Assembly: GCA_039190005.1 (NCBI GenBank)
Contig: JBCCYM010000003.1
Coordinates: forward strand, 7,715-71,714
Length of the DNA: 64,000 nt
From: Pseudomonadota bacterium
GTDB lineage: Bacteria > Pseudomonadota > Gammaproteobacteria > UBA12402
Reading direction: 5' to 3'
Of this stretch, positions 44,598 through 54,715 are shown in pieces. The translations under genes were made by a program, and so were the position numbers. The number at the start of each line of letters is the position of its first letter. Positions within the stretch are counted from its first letter, which is position 1. The notes below the pieces were generated by a model. It did no database searches. It had not been told where the DNA came from and saw nothing but the letters and a program-made list of their open reading frames with translations.

Positions 44598-45953
44598 CTA
44601 AGATTTAAACGGATTACCCCCGTGCTTAAATACTAAACGCACGGGGGTACCTACTAATTTAAGCTTCTCACGATAGACATTTTCCAAATAACGATGATAG
44701 CTCGCGGGCAATCGATCAACCTGATTGCCGTGAATAATAATTGTCGGCGGATTATGACCACCGGCATGGGCGTAACGCAATTTAACGCGCCGTCCTTTTA
44801 CTAAAGGCGGTTGATGTTGGCTTAACGCTCGCTCTAAAATAGCCGTTAATTTCGCTGTCTGTAATGGCTTTGTTGCTGAGGCATAGCAACGGTCAACCAA
44901 TTGCATCAATAAGCCCACACCCGTGCCATGCAATGCCGAGATAAACTTTGTTTGCGCGTAGGGAATAAATGTCAAACGGCGATCCAATTCTTGTTTGACT
45001 TGCTCACGCTGGTAAGTTGATAAACCGTCCCATTTATTCACCGTCACAATTAACGCCCGACCGGCTTTGAGTATTTGTCCCAATAATTTTAAATCCTGAT
45101 CGCTGATATTCATGCGCGCGTCTATCACTAAAATCACCACATGCGCCGCTTCAATGGCCTGTAGACTTTTAATGACCGAGAGCTGTTCAACCGACTGTTT
45201 GACTTTAGCACGGCGACGCACACCAGCGGTATCTATCAATGTGTAGGCTTTATCGCGATACGTAAACGGAATAAAAACACTGTCGCGTGTTGTGCCCGGC
45301 ATATCACAAACAACCACCCTCTCCTCGCCTAATAAACGATTGATTAATGTCGATTTACCCACATTAGGACGCCCTAGCACCGCCACACGGATTGCTTGTG
45401 ATTTACCACCATCTATTTCCGCTTGCTCAGCCTGTTGCGTTGTTTCCTGAGCATCCTTCATGAATGACGCCAAAGTCATGGATAAAAGTTGTTTCGTCCC
45501 GCGATGATGGGCTGCCGCGGTACTCAGCTGTTGAGCAAAACCAAGCGCGGAAAATTCACCGGCGACAAGATCAGGATTTAAACCGTCAATTTTATTAATC
45601 ACCAAAATAACCGGCTTATTGGTGCCGCGCAATTGTTCGGCAATGGTTTCATCATCAATCTGCAAACCTACTCTGGCGTCGACCACAAACAGTATTTTAT
45701 CCGCTTCTTCAATGGCACGATGTGATTGCGCTTCGGTTAAGTCCGCTATCTGTTCGTCATCACCATTTAGTCCACCGGTGTCAATGATAATAAAAGGCTG
45801 ACCACTTAATTCACCTCGCCCATAAATCCGATCCCGTGTCATGCCTGGCATATCGGCGACAAGCGCGTCACGACCTTGTGTTAAACAATTAAATAATGTT
45901 GATTTACCGACATTAGGACGGCCAACAATCGCGATAACCGGCAACATCACCAC
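44598..45953 (-). CDS. der: Ribosome-associated GTPase Der (EngA)
   Basis: Two tandem G domains (GRPNVGKST x2); KH-like C-terminus. Confidence 0.9.
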   Translation of the reverse strand: MVMLPVIAIVGRPNVGKSTLFNCLTQGRDALVADMPGMTRDRIYGRGELSGQPFIIIDTGGLNGDDEQIADLTEAQSHRAIEEADKILFVVDARVGLQIDDETIAEQLRGTNKPVILVINKIDGLNPDLVAGEFSALGFAQQLSTAAAHHRGTKQLLSMTLASFMKDAQETTQQAEQAEIDGGKSQAIRVAVLGRPNVGKSTLINRLLGEERVVVCDMPGTTRDSVFIPFTYRDKAYTLIDTAGVRRRAKVKQSVEQLSVIKSLQAIEAAHVVILVIDARMNISDQDLKLLGQILKAGRALIVTVNKWDGLSTYQREQVKQELDRRLTFIPYAQTKFISALHGTGVGLLMQLVDRCYASATKPLQTAKLTAILERALSQHQPPLVKGRRVKLRYAHAGGHNPPTIIIHGNQVDRLPASYHRYLENVYREKLKLVGTPVRLVFKHGGNPFKS

Positions 45954-45956
45954 ACG

Positions 45957-47126
45957 CTATCGTTTACTGACTCGATAAGCCGTTAGACGACCGCTCATTG
46001 TATAAGCATACAACATATCACCGGAAACAATCGGTGTCGTTATCACTGATGTTATATTAATGCGTTTTCGCGCGACAATATGACCATCACTCAAAGACAA
46101 GAAATGAATATAACCGGTATAATCACCAAACGCCAAGACGCCCAATGATTTGATAACGGCAACCCCGGAAAGCTGTCGCAACTTGAATTGTTGATTACGC
46201 CAAACCACCATACCGGTTTTTAGATCAAAGGCCCAAACGTCGCCATTGAGATCGGTGGCATAGAGATTAACACCATCCGTCGCGATTTTATTATAAGCCG
46301 ATAATTTCCGCTTCCAGCGTATCGCGCCGTCTTTTAAATTTACCGCCGCTAGATTGCCTTCGTAACTGACGACATAGGCGGTATTATCGACTATCAATGG
46401 CGCGGTACTGATATCAACCATACGCTCAATATCTGTCTGCCCCATAGGCTCGGCAATCTGTTTCAGCCAAAGTTGACGTCCCTGATCAAAATCCAGCGCC
46501 GCCAATTTGCCATCGGCAAAACCACAAATTACTTTTTTATCATACACTTGTGGTTGACTGCTAAGGTGTAACATCAGGCTTGGTGCTTGCTGACTAAACT
46601 GCCATAATTGCTTACCATCTGTTTGTGAATAGGCGGTCAAAGTCCCATCAATAGCATGAATTAGCAGCACACCATCAGTGGCTTTAGGCAACGCCAAAAC
46701 CTGATCCGTTGCGGTTATTGCCCAAACAACGTCACCATTGCTTTGCTGAATAGCTAAAACATGGCCATCGCGCGTGCCAATAAATAATAAACCATTATCC
46801 GCGGCAAGACCGGTAACAAAATCCCAGTGATAGTTCTTCTTCCATAATCGTTTGCCTTTTTGATTCACGGCAATAATTTCGCCATCATACGCCGGTATAA
46901 AAACGCTTTGCTTCACCACCACAGGTTCTAAACGCAGATAATAGCTTGACGTGCCTTTACTAATGGTGCGCGACCAAACATGCCGCACATTCAATTGTGG
47001 CGAAAATCCACTTAACGCCGCCGGCTGTAATGCTTTTTTACTGCTTGCCGTTGAACAGGCATTCAAACCCAAGAGCATCACTACTAGGCCAAAAGCGGCA
47101 ATGTATCCAGCTATTATTTTTTTCAT
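45957..47126 (-). CDS. bamB: Outer membrane protein assembly factor BamB
   Basis: Lipobox LNACS; PQQ-like beta-propeller repeats; likely start MKKII (ORF-track start is extended upstream). Confidence 0.85.
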   Translation of the reverse strand: MKKIIAGYIAAFGLVVMLLGLNACSTASSKKALQPAALSGFSPQLNVRHVWSRTISKGTSSYYLRLEPVVVKQSVFIPAYDGEIIAVNQKGKRLWKKNYHWDFVTGLAADNGLLFIGTRDGHVLAIQQSNGDVVWAITATDQVLALPKATDGVLLIHAIDGTLTAYSQTDGKQLWQFSQQAPSLMLHLSSQPQVYDKKVICGFADGKLAALDFDQGRQLWLKQIAEPMGQTDIERMVDISTAPLIVDNTAYVVSYEGNLAAVNLKDGAIRWKRKLSAYNKIATDGVNLYATDLNGDVWAFDLKTGMVVWRNQQFKLRQLSGVAVIKSLGVLAFGDYTGYIHFLSLSDGHIVARKRINITSVITTPIVSGDMLYAYTMSGRLTAYRVSKR

Positions 47127-47136
47127 GATTATCTCA

Positions 47137-47814
47137 CTAAGATTTGGATTGAACCGGTAAATTAGCCAGTTTTGTCTGAATGATCGCACGCTCAGGTGCC
47201 GCGTCAGGTAATTGGCTCAATGCTTTTTGATACGCCTGCGCCGCGGCTGTTTTTCTACCAAGCGCGTTATAAGCGTCACCTTGCGCCTGCGATATAAGCG
47301 CGGCATAAATACTCCGCTTAGGCAATTTAGTCAGTAAATTAAGCGCCCGGCGCGGTTGTTTTTGCGCGATATAAATCCGTGCCAATCGAACCGATGCCAA
47401 ATCATGCCACGCGCCCTTGTGCTGTTTGTTAATCACCCATTGTAAATGCTGACTTGCCGCTTTCAAATCATTCTGTTCAACCGATTGTTTAGCTAACCAC
47501 AATGAAGTCAACACGGCATAAGGGGTATTTTTATAGTCTTTGATTAACGCTTCGGCATCCTTGGTAGCTTTCTTCTTATCATGCCCAGCTGTTTGCAACA
47601 CAGTTTGATAGGCCGCGGCCGCGGCAATACTGTGATGAACTTGGTAATTTTTGTAGTAGCGCCAACCCACCACAATGGCGATGGCGATGATAATACCAAA
47701 AATTGTGGCAACGCCATACTTACGCCACCAGCTTTTGACCAGCTCGGCCTGTTCTAATTCATTATATTCAGTCAAAATAACACCTGCTTTTAAAATGTTA
47801 ATGTTTGCAACCAC
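47137..47814 (-). CDS. yfgM: YfgM-family ancillary SecYEG translocon subunit
   Basis: N-terminal single TM after ELEQAELVKSWW; TPR-like C-terminus; conserved position between hisS and bamB. Confidence 0.7.
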   Translation of the reverse strand: MVANINILKAGVILTEYNELEQAELVKSWWRKYGVATIFGIIIAIAIVVGWRYYKNYQVHHSIAAAAAYQTVLQTAGHDKKKATKDAEALIKDYKNTPYAVLTSLWLAKQSVEQNDLKAASQHLQWVINKQHKGAWHDLASVRLARIYIAQKQPRRALNLLTKLPKRSIYAALISQAQGDAYNALGRKTAAAQAYQKALSQLPDAAPERAIIQTKLANLPVQSKS

Positions 47815-49073
47815 GCGACGACTTCAGCTAAGGCTAATCGATGCTGTGGTTTATCTTCACGCATATATTTTACCGTAACTGCGTTACAGTTCAATTCTTC
47901 TGGCGCAAGAATTAGCACAATTTTTGCCCCACTTTTATCAGCACGTTTAAATTGTGACTTAAAACTGCCGTCACCACAGTGCATCCGTATACGCTGTTTT
48001 GGTATGGCATCGCGCCAACTGTCAATCTGTTTCATCGCTTCAAGTTGAGCGGCTTCACCCTCGATAAGCACATAAATATCGGCTTGCGCGACTGTCGAAG
48101 CCGATGGTAATTGTCCGACACTTTCCAGCAAGCTTATCAATCGTTCAATCCCCAGTGAAAAACCGATTGCCGGCGTTGGTTTGCCACCTAATTGCTCCAC
48201 CAGATTATCATAACGCCCACCCGCACAAACAGTCGCTTGCGCGCCTAATTTATCGGTAACCCACTCAAACACGGTATTGGTATAGTAATCCAAACCACGT
48301 ACCAGATTCGGATTAAGCTGATAAGCAATACCGAGTTGATCTAAAAACAAACATAATCGTTCAAAATGAGCGCTTGACGCTGATGACAGAAAATCCGGCA
48401 ATTTTGGCGCCTCTGTTAACAATGCCCGCACTTGTGGATTTTTACTGTCCAAAATTCGCAAGGGATTCTGTGTCAATCGCCGTTGACTGTCTTCATCAAG
48501 CTGGTCTTTCAAAGGCATTAAATAATCGAGCAAGGCTTGCCGATGCGCCTGACGCGCGGCACGATCGCCCAGCGAATTCAATTGCAAACAAACATGCTCA
48601 CGCAAACCCAGGTCTTGTAATAAACGCGCTGACATAGCAATTATTTCAGCGTCAATATCAGCGCTTTCAATACCAAACGCTTCCACACTAAACTGATGAA
48701 ACTGACGATAACGCCCTTTCTGAGGTCGTTCATGCCGAAACATGGGGCCCAAATACCATAACCGCGGCGTCTGACCATACAATAAACTATGTTGCAATAC
48801 TGCTCGCACACAAGACGCGGTACCTTCAGGTCGCAAACTGAGACTATCACCATTACGATCGGTAAAGCTATACATTTCCTTTTCGACGATATCAGTGATT
48901 TCACCGACACCGCGTTTAAATAGCTCTGTTTTCTCAACAATCGGAAAACGGATCTCCTGATAAGCGTAACGCTTGGCAACATCAATAAGTATCTGCTCAA
49001 CATATTGCCATACCGGTGTAGACGACGGCAATATATCATTCATCCCCCGTAATGCCTGAATGCCTTTAGTCAT
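47790..49073 (-). CDS. hisS: Histidine--tRNA ligase
   Basis: 427 aa; class II aaRS motifs; HisA/HisB-like peptide GLDYY. Confidence 0.95.
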   Translation of the reverse strand: MTKGIQALRGMNDILPSSTPVWQYVEQILIDVAKRYAYQEIRFPIVEKTELFKRGVGEITDIVEKEMYSFTDRNGDSLSLRPEGTASCVRAVLQHSLLYGQTPRLWYLGPMFRHERPQKGRYRQFHQFSVEAFGIESADIDAEIIAMSARLLQDLGLREHVCLQLNSLGDRAARQAHRQALLDYLMPLKDQLDEDSQRRLTQNPLRILDSKNPQVRALLTEAPKLPDFLSSASSAHFERLCLFLDQLGIAYQLNPNLVRGLDYYTNTVFEWVTDKLGAQATVCAGGRYDNLVEQLGGKPTPAIGFSLGIERLISLLESVGQLPSASTVAQADIYVLIEGEAAQLEAMKQIDSWRDAIPKQRIRMHCGDGSFKSQFKRADKSGAKIVLILAPEELNCNAVTVKYMREDKPQHRLALAEVVAWLQTLTF

Positions 49074-49085
49074 GTTTTCATCTCA

Positions 49086-50234
49086 CTATCTGCTCAGTTG
49101 AATTTTCTGTTCACGCAATTGCTGCTCAACTCTCAAGGGTATCAAGCGACGCGCTTTACGCTGTGTTCGATCCTGTACCTCACCCGCTAGCTGACCACAG
49201 GCCGCGGCAATATCATCACCGCGTGTTTTTCGTGTGGTGACAAGCATCCCCGCTTTTTTCAAAGACATTGCGAAAGCGGCAATAGTTTGCGCGTCAGAAC
49301 AACGATACAGTGTCTGCGGAAACGGATTGAAGGGGATAAGATTTATTTTACAGGGCAAATCCCCCAGCACCTTGATGAGCTGTTTAGCATGTAAAGGCGA
49401 ATCATTAATACCCGCCAGCATCACATATTCCACAGTGACTTTACGGCGTGGTTCATCACGAAAATAATGTTTACAAGCCGCGATAACCTCATCAAGCGGA
49501 TATTTTTTATTGATCGGCACTAACACATTTCTCAGCGCGTCATTTGGCGCGTGTAATGAAATCGCCAAGGCGATATTACTGACCTTTGCCCATTCATACA
49601 TCGCCGGCACGACACCGGAAGTGCTCAGAGTAATACGGTATTTTGATAATCCATAGGCGTAATCATTTTGCATGATATTAACCGCCGCCAACACAGCATC
49701 AAAATTAAGCAACGGCTCACCCATGCCCATCAGTACCACATTAGTAATCTGCCGATCATGCTTACCAGCACGTTTTGACAATGATCGCACTGCAATCCAT
49801 AATTGCGCGATAATCTCGGCAGTAGTGAGGTTACGATTAAACCCTTGATGACCTGTGGCGCAAAAGCTGCAATTCAGTGAACAGCCAACTTGTGAAGAAA
49901 CACATAAGGTATTGCGATCATCCTCGGGAATAAGCACAGTTTCAATACAGTTACCATCATGCAAACGCAATAACCACTTCTGACACCCATCCTGCGCATG
50001 TTGCTGTTTTACAACTTCTGGTAAAACGCATTCAGCCATAGATTGCAAACGTTGACGCAATGCCAAACTGAGATTGGTCATTGCCGAAAAATCAGTCACA
50101 CCGAATTGATGCAGCCACTGTATAATCTGCCGGCCACGATAGGAAGCTTCACCAATAGACGTTAAAAACGCGCTCAGTCTTTGCTCATCATAGTTAAATA
50201 AATTAACTTTTTTTAAGGCGTTGATCTCAGGCAC
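49086..50234 (-). CDS. rlmN: 23S rRNA m2A2503 / tRNA m2A37 methyltransferase RlmN
   Basis: Radical-SAM [11 protein letters not shown]; collinear with E. coli RlmN from about KKVNLF onward. No ATG near the homology start; probable GTG start overlapping the ndk stop. The 462-aa track ORF is over-extended. Confidence 0.85.
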   Translation of the reverse strand: MPEINALKKVNLFNYDEQRLSAFLTSIGEASYRGRQIIQWLHQFGVTDFSAMTNLSLALRQRLQSMAECVLPEVVKQQHAQDGCQKWLLRLHDGNCIETVLIPEDDRNTLCVSSQVGCSLNCSFCATGHQGFNRNLTTAEIIAQLWIAVRSLSKRAGKHDRQITNVVLMGMGEPLLNFDAVLAAVNIMQNDYAYGLSKYRITLSTSGVVPAMYEWAKVSNIALAISLHAPNDALRNVLVPINKKYPLDEVIAACKHYFRDEPRRKVTVEYVMLAGINDSPLHAKQLIKVLGDLPCKINLIPFNPFPQTLYRCSDAQTIAAFAMSLKKAGMLVTTRKTRGDDIAAACGQLAGEVQDRTQRKARRLIPLRVEQQLREQKIQLSR

Positions 50235-50664
50235 ATTCGTCACGAGAATAAATGTCGTCTGGCGAGAAGAAAAAGCTAATTTCCTGTGCCGCTGTATCTG
50301 GTCCATCAGAACCATGTACCGCGTTCTCACAGATACTATCGGCAAAATCAGCGCGAATCGTACCGGCAGCGGCATCAGCGGGGTTGGTCGCGCCCATAAT
50401 TTCACGGTTCTTGCTAATAGCGTTTTCGCCTTCCAATACCTGCACAAGTACCGGCCCTGAACTGATAAAATCAACTAATTCCCCAAAAAATGGGCGTTCT
50501 TTATGTACGGCGTAAAATGATTCTGCCATCGTCTGATCCAATGTTAACATTTTCGCTGCGACGATGGATAAACCAGCGTGTTCAAAACGTTGATTAATCT
50601 CGCCAATGACATTCTTGGCGACAGCATCCGGCTTGATAATTGATAGTGTATGTTCTTTTGCCAT
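50227..50664 (-). CDS. ndk: Nucleoside diphosphate kinase
   Basis: 145 aa; active-site NAVHGSD motif. Confidence 0.9.
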   Translation of the reverse strand: MAKEHTLSIIKPDAVAKNVIGEINQRFEHAGLSIVAAKMLTLDQTMAESFYAVHKERPFFGELVDFISSGPVLVQVLEGENAISKNREIMGATNPADAAAGTIRADFADSICENAVHGSDGPDTAAQEISFFFSPDDIYSRDECA

Positions 50665-50778
50665 AGTAATTCCCGTTTTTATTGAATTGACCGCGCATTG
50701 TAACTAAAAAATCACTATATTTCAAGCGCAGCCGCGCTAATCTTTGACTTATAACACCCAGTACATTATTATAAGCTG

Positions 50779-51270
50779 ATGAAAAAAATAGTATTTGTAT
50801 GCAGCGGCAACATCTGCCGCTCACCAGCTGCGGAAGCCATTATGGCGGATTTAATTAAAAAACAAGGACTTGATCACAAATACCAGCTGGATTCCTGTGG
50901 CACGCACGGCTTGCACAGCGGCGAAAAAGCGGATCCGCGAATGCGGCGCATTGCTGACAAACATGGCTACACACTCACCAGTATCGCACGCAAATTTGAG
51001 GTTCAACAAGACTTTGATACCGCCTCACATATTGTTGCCATGGATAATACCCATGTTGAACAATTGCGGCAATGGGCAAAAAATCAAACCCAATCAGAAA
51101 AAATCATTGCCATGGCGGATTACTGCACACAACATCAAGCCACCGACATTCCCGACCCTTATTATGGTGACGATAGCGATTTTGAACAGGTTATTAATTT
51201 GCTTGAAGACGCTTGCGCCGGTTTATTGAACGCGCTGGAAAACGCGCCGCAGAAAAATACTGAAAAATAG
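50779..51270 (+). CDS. Low-molecular-weight protein-tyrosine phosphatase
   Basis: P-loop CSGNICRSP at the N-terminus; DPYY motif. Confidence 0.85.
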   Translation: MKKIVFVCSGNICRSPAAEAIMADLIKKQGLDHKYQLDSCGTHGLHSGEKADPRMRRIADKHGYTLTSIARKFEVQQDFDTASHIVAMDNTHVEQLRQWAKNQTQSEKIIAMADYCTQHQATDIPDPYYGDDSDFEQVINLLEDACAGLLNALENAPQKNTEK

Positions 51271-51376
51271 TTAGCAAGCAATGTGGCATCACCATGCGTG
51301 CTACTGTGAACAGAATTATCACAACAAAAAATTGGCATTTTATCACCACCGTGTTATGATTGTACTTCGCAGCAAT

Positions 51377-51463
51377 GCCGGAGTGGCGGAATTGGTAGAC
51401 GCGCCGGATTCAAAATCCGGTGATGGCAACATCGTGTCGGTTCGAGTCCGACCTTCGGTACCA
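51377..51463 (+). tRNA. tRNA-Leu (CAA)
   Basis: 87 nt; anticodon stem-loop CCGGA-TTCAAAA-TCCGG; long variable arm; T-arm GTCGG/CCGAC; CCA end encoded. Confidence 0.9.
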
Positions 51464-51564
51464 TCAGGAGATGATCTTCAAAGCTTTGTGACAGCATTGG
51501 TTGATAGTATGAAGCCATTAATGGACAACAAACAATTATTGCATTACAAATTGCCAATCTTCAC

Positions 51565-51840
51565 ATGATGCAAATTCAATTAATTTCTGAATACGCATCT
51601 TCTACAGGATATCATCCTAAACCCAGTTCATTATCAGAAAAAATGAATAGTATTGCCAATTCAATTAGTAAGCTTGCAAATACAACTGCTAATTTAATGT
51701 CGCTCTACCACCGATTGCAATCAGACAGCACATTACCGACTGGCATTAACCATGTTAATGTTGCTTCAGGCGGTCAAGCGGTGGTGGGCAGTGTGATACA
51801 GACCGAAGTAAAAAATAAAAATAGCGGTAATACCCCATGA
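51565..51840 (+). CDS. Hypothetical protein (91 aa)
   Basis: ORF only; 4-nt overlap with the next ORF suggests a coupled pair. Confidence 0.3.
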   Translation: MMQIQLISEYASSTGYHPKPSSLSEKMNSIANSISKLANTTANLMSLYHRLQSDSTLPTGINHVNVASGGQAVVGSVIQTEVKNKNSGNTP

Positions 51841-52088
51841 AACGATGTAATGCTAAGACAAGAAAAGGTACACCTTGCCAACGCTATGCCCTTAAAAACG
51901 TCAAAAATGGACGTTGTCGGCTACATGGTATATCTACCGGAGCTAAAACAAAAGCCGGTAGAGAGCGTTTACGGGCTGCTCAGCTCAAACATGGGTATTA
52001 CAGCAAAGAATCTATATCACAGCGCAAAAAAATAAAAGAGATGCTTACTTTAGCAACAGAAACAATTCAAATGGCAGAGAATGCTTAA
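51837..52088 (+). CDS. Small basic Cys-containing protein (83 aa) with C-x8-C ... RCRLHG motif, zinc-ribbon-like
   Basis: MKRCNAKTRKGTPCQRYALKNVKNGRCRLHGISTGAKTKAGRERL; resembles a small-protein motif (RCRxHGGxSxG) I recall from other proteobacteria but cannot name. Confidence 0.4.
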   Translation: MKRCNAKTRKGTPCQRYALKNVKNGRCRLHGISTGAKTKAGRERLRAAQLKHGYYSKESISQRKKIKEMLTLATETIQMAENA

Positions 52089-52218
52089 TCACCCAGTTTC
52101 GATGCTGCAAATAACTAGCTATAAATTCTTGCAATTATTTTTTAATTGTTGATAATTGTATTGCTTTACGGACATTGGCATCATAATCAATATTATTCAA
52201 ATGATGGAGATATTAACA

Positions 52219-52758
52219 ATGGCAAAAACTGGTTATATAAAATATTTTATCAAATTCTTTTTTTATTTTTTAATATGTTTAGGATATTTTTTGAATTCAT
52301 TTATTTTTGCTCAGGCTCAAACTATACCAACGTTTGTTACTGGCAATAAATTTTTGGGCTGGTGTAGCGCTGTAAAAAAGATTGCTGATGGTTCAATATC
52401 TAACGCCAGCGTTTCTGATGATTATAATTCTTTTATTGCAGTTAGTTATGCTTTGGGCGTGCATGATGCATACATGGAAAATTTATCTTACTTAATGAAA
52501 AATAATTTCGCTGAATGTTATAACAAAAATTACTTAGGCTTTAAACCACAACAACTAGTATTATCAGTATGCAAATATTTAGACAATCATCCAGAAACTT
52601 TAAATTATAGTGCTGCATCTATTATTCAAGTTGTAATTACAAGTGAATATCCTATTCCTGAGCAGTGTTATAATAAGAAAGAAAAAATTGACTTATCAAA
52701 ATATAAAATAGATACAACTAATCAGAAAAATAAAACTTCAAACACTAACAAAAAATAG
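52219..52758 (+). CDS. Hypothetical secreted protein (about 180 aa, 4 Cys)
   Basis: Signal peptide MAKTGYIKYFIKFFFYFLICLGYFLNSFIFAQA|QT from an internal ATG; the ORF-track start at 52156 is probably too far upstream. Confidence 0.5.
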   Translation: MAKTGYIKYFIKFFFYFLICLGYFLNSFIFAQAQTIPTFVTGNKFLGWCSAVKKIADGSISNASVSDDYNSFIAVSYALGVHDAYMENLSYLMKNNFAECYNKNYLGFKPQQLVLSVCKYLDNHPETLNYSAASIIQVVITSEYPIPEQCYNKKEKIDLSKYKIDTTNQKNKTSNTNKK

Positions 52759-53458
52759 AGAGTATTTAATTTGAAAGATCTATTTTTAGGCATATTATAT
52801 TATTAATTTGTTTAGTAATTTTCTTATTGCACTCTTGTCATAACAATCCTGAGGATGCTCCTGAGTATAAACAAAATTACAGCACCGTGTACGATGATAG
52901 TGTAATTGATACATGTAATGTATGTAATAACAATGCGGTCTATGAAAGCCAAAAGGAACTGTGTCAGCAGATATGTCAGTAATTAAAAAACCTGGAATAA
53001 TTAATTGAAAAAATATTTGAGGTCAGAATAACGTGCCAACTGGATATTTCTTCATGAAATATCCAGTCACACGCCCTCATCCTCTCAGCCATTCATACTT
53101 GAAAACAGCCCTACCCATAAACCACTATTACTAGCAGCTTTGTTGCAACAAAATTGAGCCATCGATACTGACAGCTCGATTCCACACTCACACTATAATA
53201 TAGCGTGGCGATCCTCCATTTCCTCTTTGGTATAATCATAGTTTTTCTAATATGAATTATTGCTATTATTGTTTATTATTATTCACTAATGAGCTTGTAA
53301 TCTTAAATTGATTTTATAGTAATCATTATTTTCAAATAGTATTAGCGCAAAATTAACTTTAATCTTGGCATTATAAATTAGGACGTTGAAATCTATCTCA
53401 TATACTGCTACCTTGAACTTGCTAACAACATAGGATTTCATCATGGAAAATTATCGTC

Positions 53459-54715
53459 ATGTTAATTAAAACATTTACTTACTGCATTATTGGGACAGTA
53501 TTGGAATGGTACGACTTCGCGCTTTTTGGTGTCCTTGCACCTATCCTATCTACCATTTTTTTTCCGCATAAGGATAAAACAACCAGTTTACTAATAGCTT
53601 TTTCTATCTTTGCTACTGGATTTCTAACGCGACCACTTGGCAGCATTTTCTTTGGACATATTGGCGACCGCTATGGTCGAAAAAAAGCGATTATTCTATC
53701 AATGTTGCTAATGTGTTTTTCAACTGTTGGGATTGGATTATTACCCATTCATCACGTCAATACACATCTTATTGTGATGGTTCTGGTTATCTTAAGACTT
53801 TTCCAAGGCTTTTCAGTAGGTGGTGAGACAGGCGGCATTATTACCTTTGTCAGTGAATTATTTTCCAGGAAAGAAAAATTGTTTTTTTACCAAAGCTTTA
53901 TTTATGCTGGCATGAACGCTGGCATTTTATTGGGAACGGCTATTGGCAGTCTTACATTTTCTGTTTATCACCATAATATTCAAACCAATGTTTGGCGATT
54001 ACCTTTTCTTATCAGTTTATTATTAGGGATTGTTGGACTTTATTTACGTTTAAAAGCGATTGAGTCGCCGATATTTAGCAGCATCTTACAACAAAATAAA
54101 GTGGTAAAAATACCTTTTGTTTATATGTTGAGAAAATGTTATAGACAGGTAATTTTTTCATTATTACTGATGTTCTCTGGCGCAATTGTTTTCTACTATA
54201 CACTCTTCTATTACCCAGCATATATCAATCATTTCCTAAAATTTGGTCGATATTTGCATGTTGAGATTATAGGATTAGTCTGTTTACTTTTTCTTGCGCC
54301 ATTTTTTAGTTTCTTTTACACAAAAAACAATGTGAGAAAAATTACTATCGCAGGATTTCTGAGTTTTCTTATTTTCCCAATTCCAACTTTAATTTTGGTT
54401 GCATTATATCCACATCAACTCGCATTGGTAATACAGTTGTTCTATATTGTTTGCTATAGCACTTTTCAATCGCTTATTCCAACACTGCCATGCCTGTCTT
54501 TTCCCCATGAGGTCAGATACACTGGTCTATCATTTTGCTTTAATGTGGCAGTATTATTTGGCGGAACATTCCCAATGGCTGCTATCTTACTGACGAAAAT
54601 AACAGGTCTCTCTTTTGCCGGCGGCCTATATATGGCACTAGCAGCCTTGCCAGCAATTATTGCGCTGCTGTATCTCTGGAAAACAATGGCAATTACAGCA
54701 CGACCAAATCACTAG
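53459..54715 (+). CDS. MFS transporter, metabolite:H+ symporter (MHS, ProP/KgtP-like) family
   Basis: N-terminal LEWYDFALFG and GHIGDRYGRKK motifs typical of MHS; 12 TM. Confidence 0.8.
   Translation: MLIKTFTYCIIGTVLEWYDFALFGVLAPILSTIFFPHKDKTTSLLIAFSIFATGFLTRPLGSIFFGHIGDRYGRKKAIILSMLLMCFSTVGIGLLPIHHVNTHLIVMVLVILRLFQGFSVGGETGGIITFVSELFSRKEKLFFYQSFIYAGMNAGILLGTAIGSLTFSVYHHNIQTNVWRLPFLISLLLGIVGLYLRLKAIESPIFSSILQQNKVVKIPFVYMLRKCYRQVIFSLLLMFSGAIVFYYTLFYYPAYINHFLKFGRYLHVEIIGLVCLLFLAPFFSFFYTKNNVRKITIAGFLSFLIFPIPTLILVALYPHQLALVIQLFYIVCYSTFQSLIPTLPCLSFPHEVRYTGLSFCFNVAVLFGGTFPMAAILLTKITGLSFAGGLYMALAALPAIIALLYLWKTMAITARPNH

Noticed and set aside
50870-51229. 119-aa ORF inside the low-molecular-weight PTP gene; also 5342-5551, 39523-39792, 48641-49039, 26730-27218 and other nested ORFs
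   Set aside because: These are alternative-frame ORFs embedded in strongly supported genes (ptp, YddA, cmk, hisS, infB), with no independent evidence.
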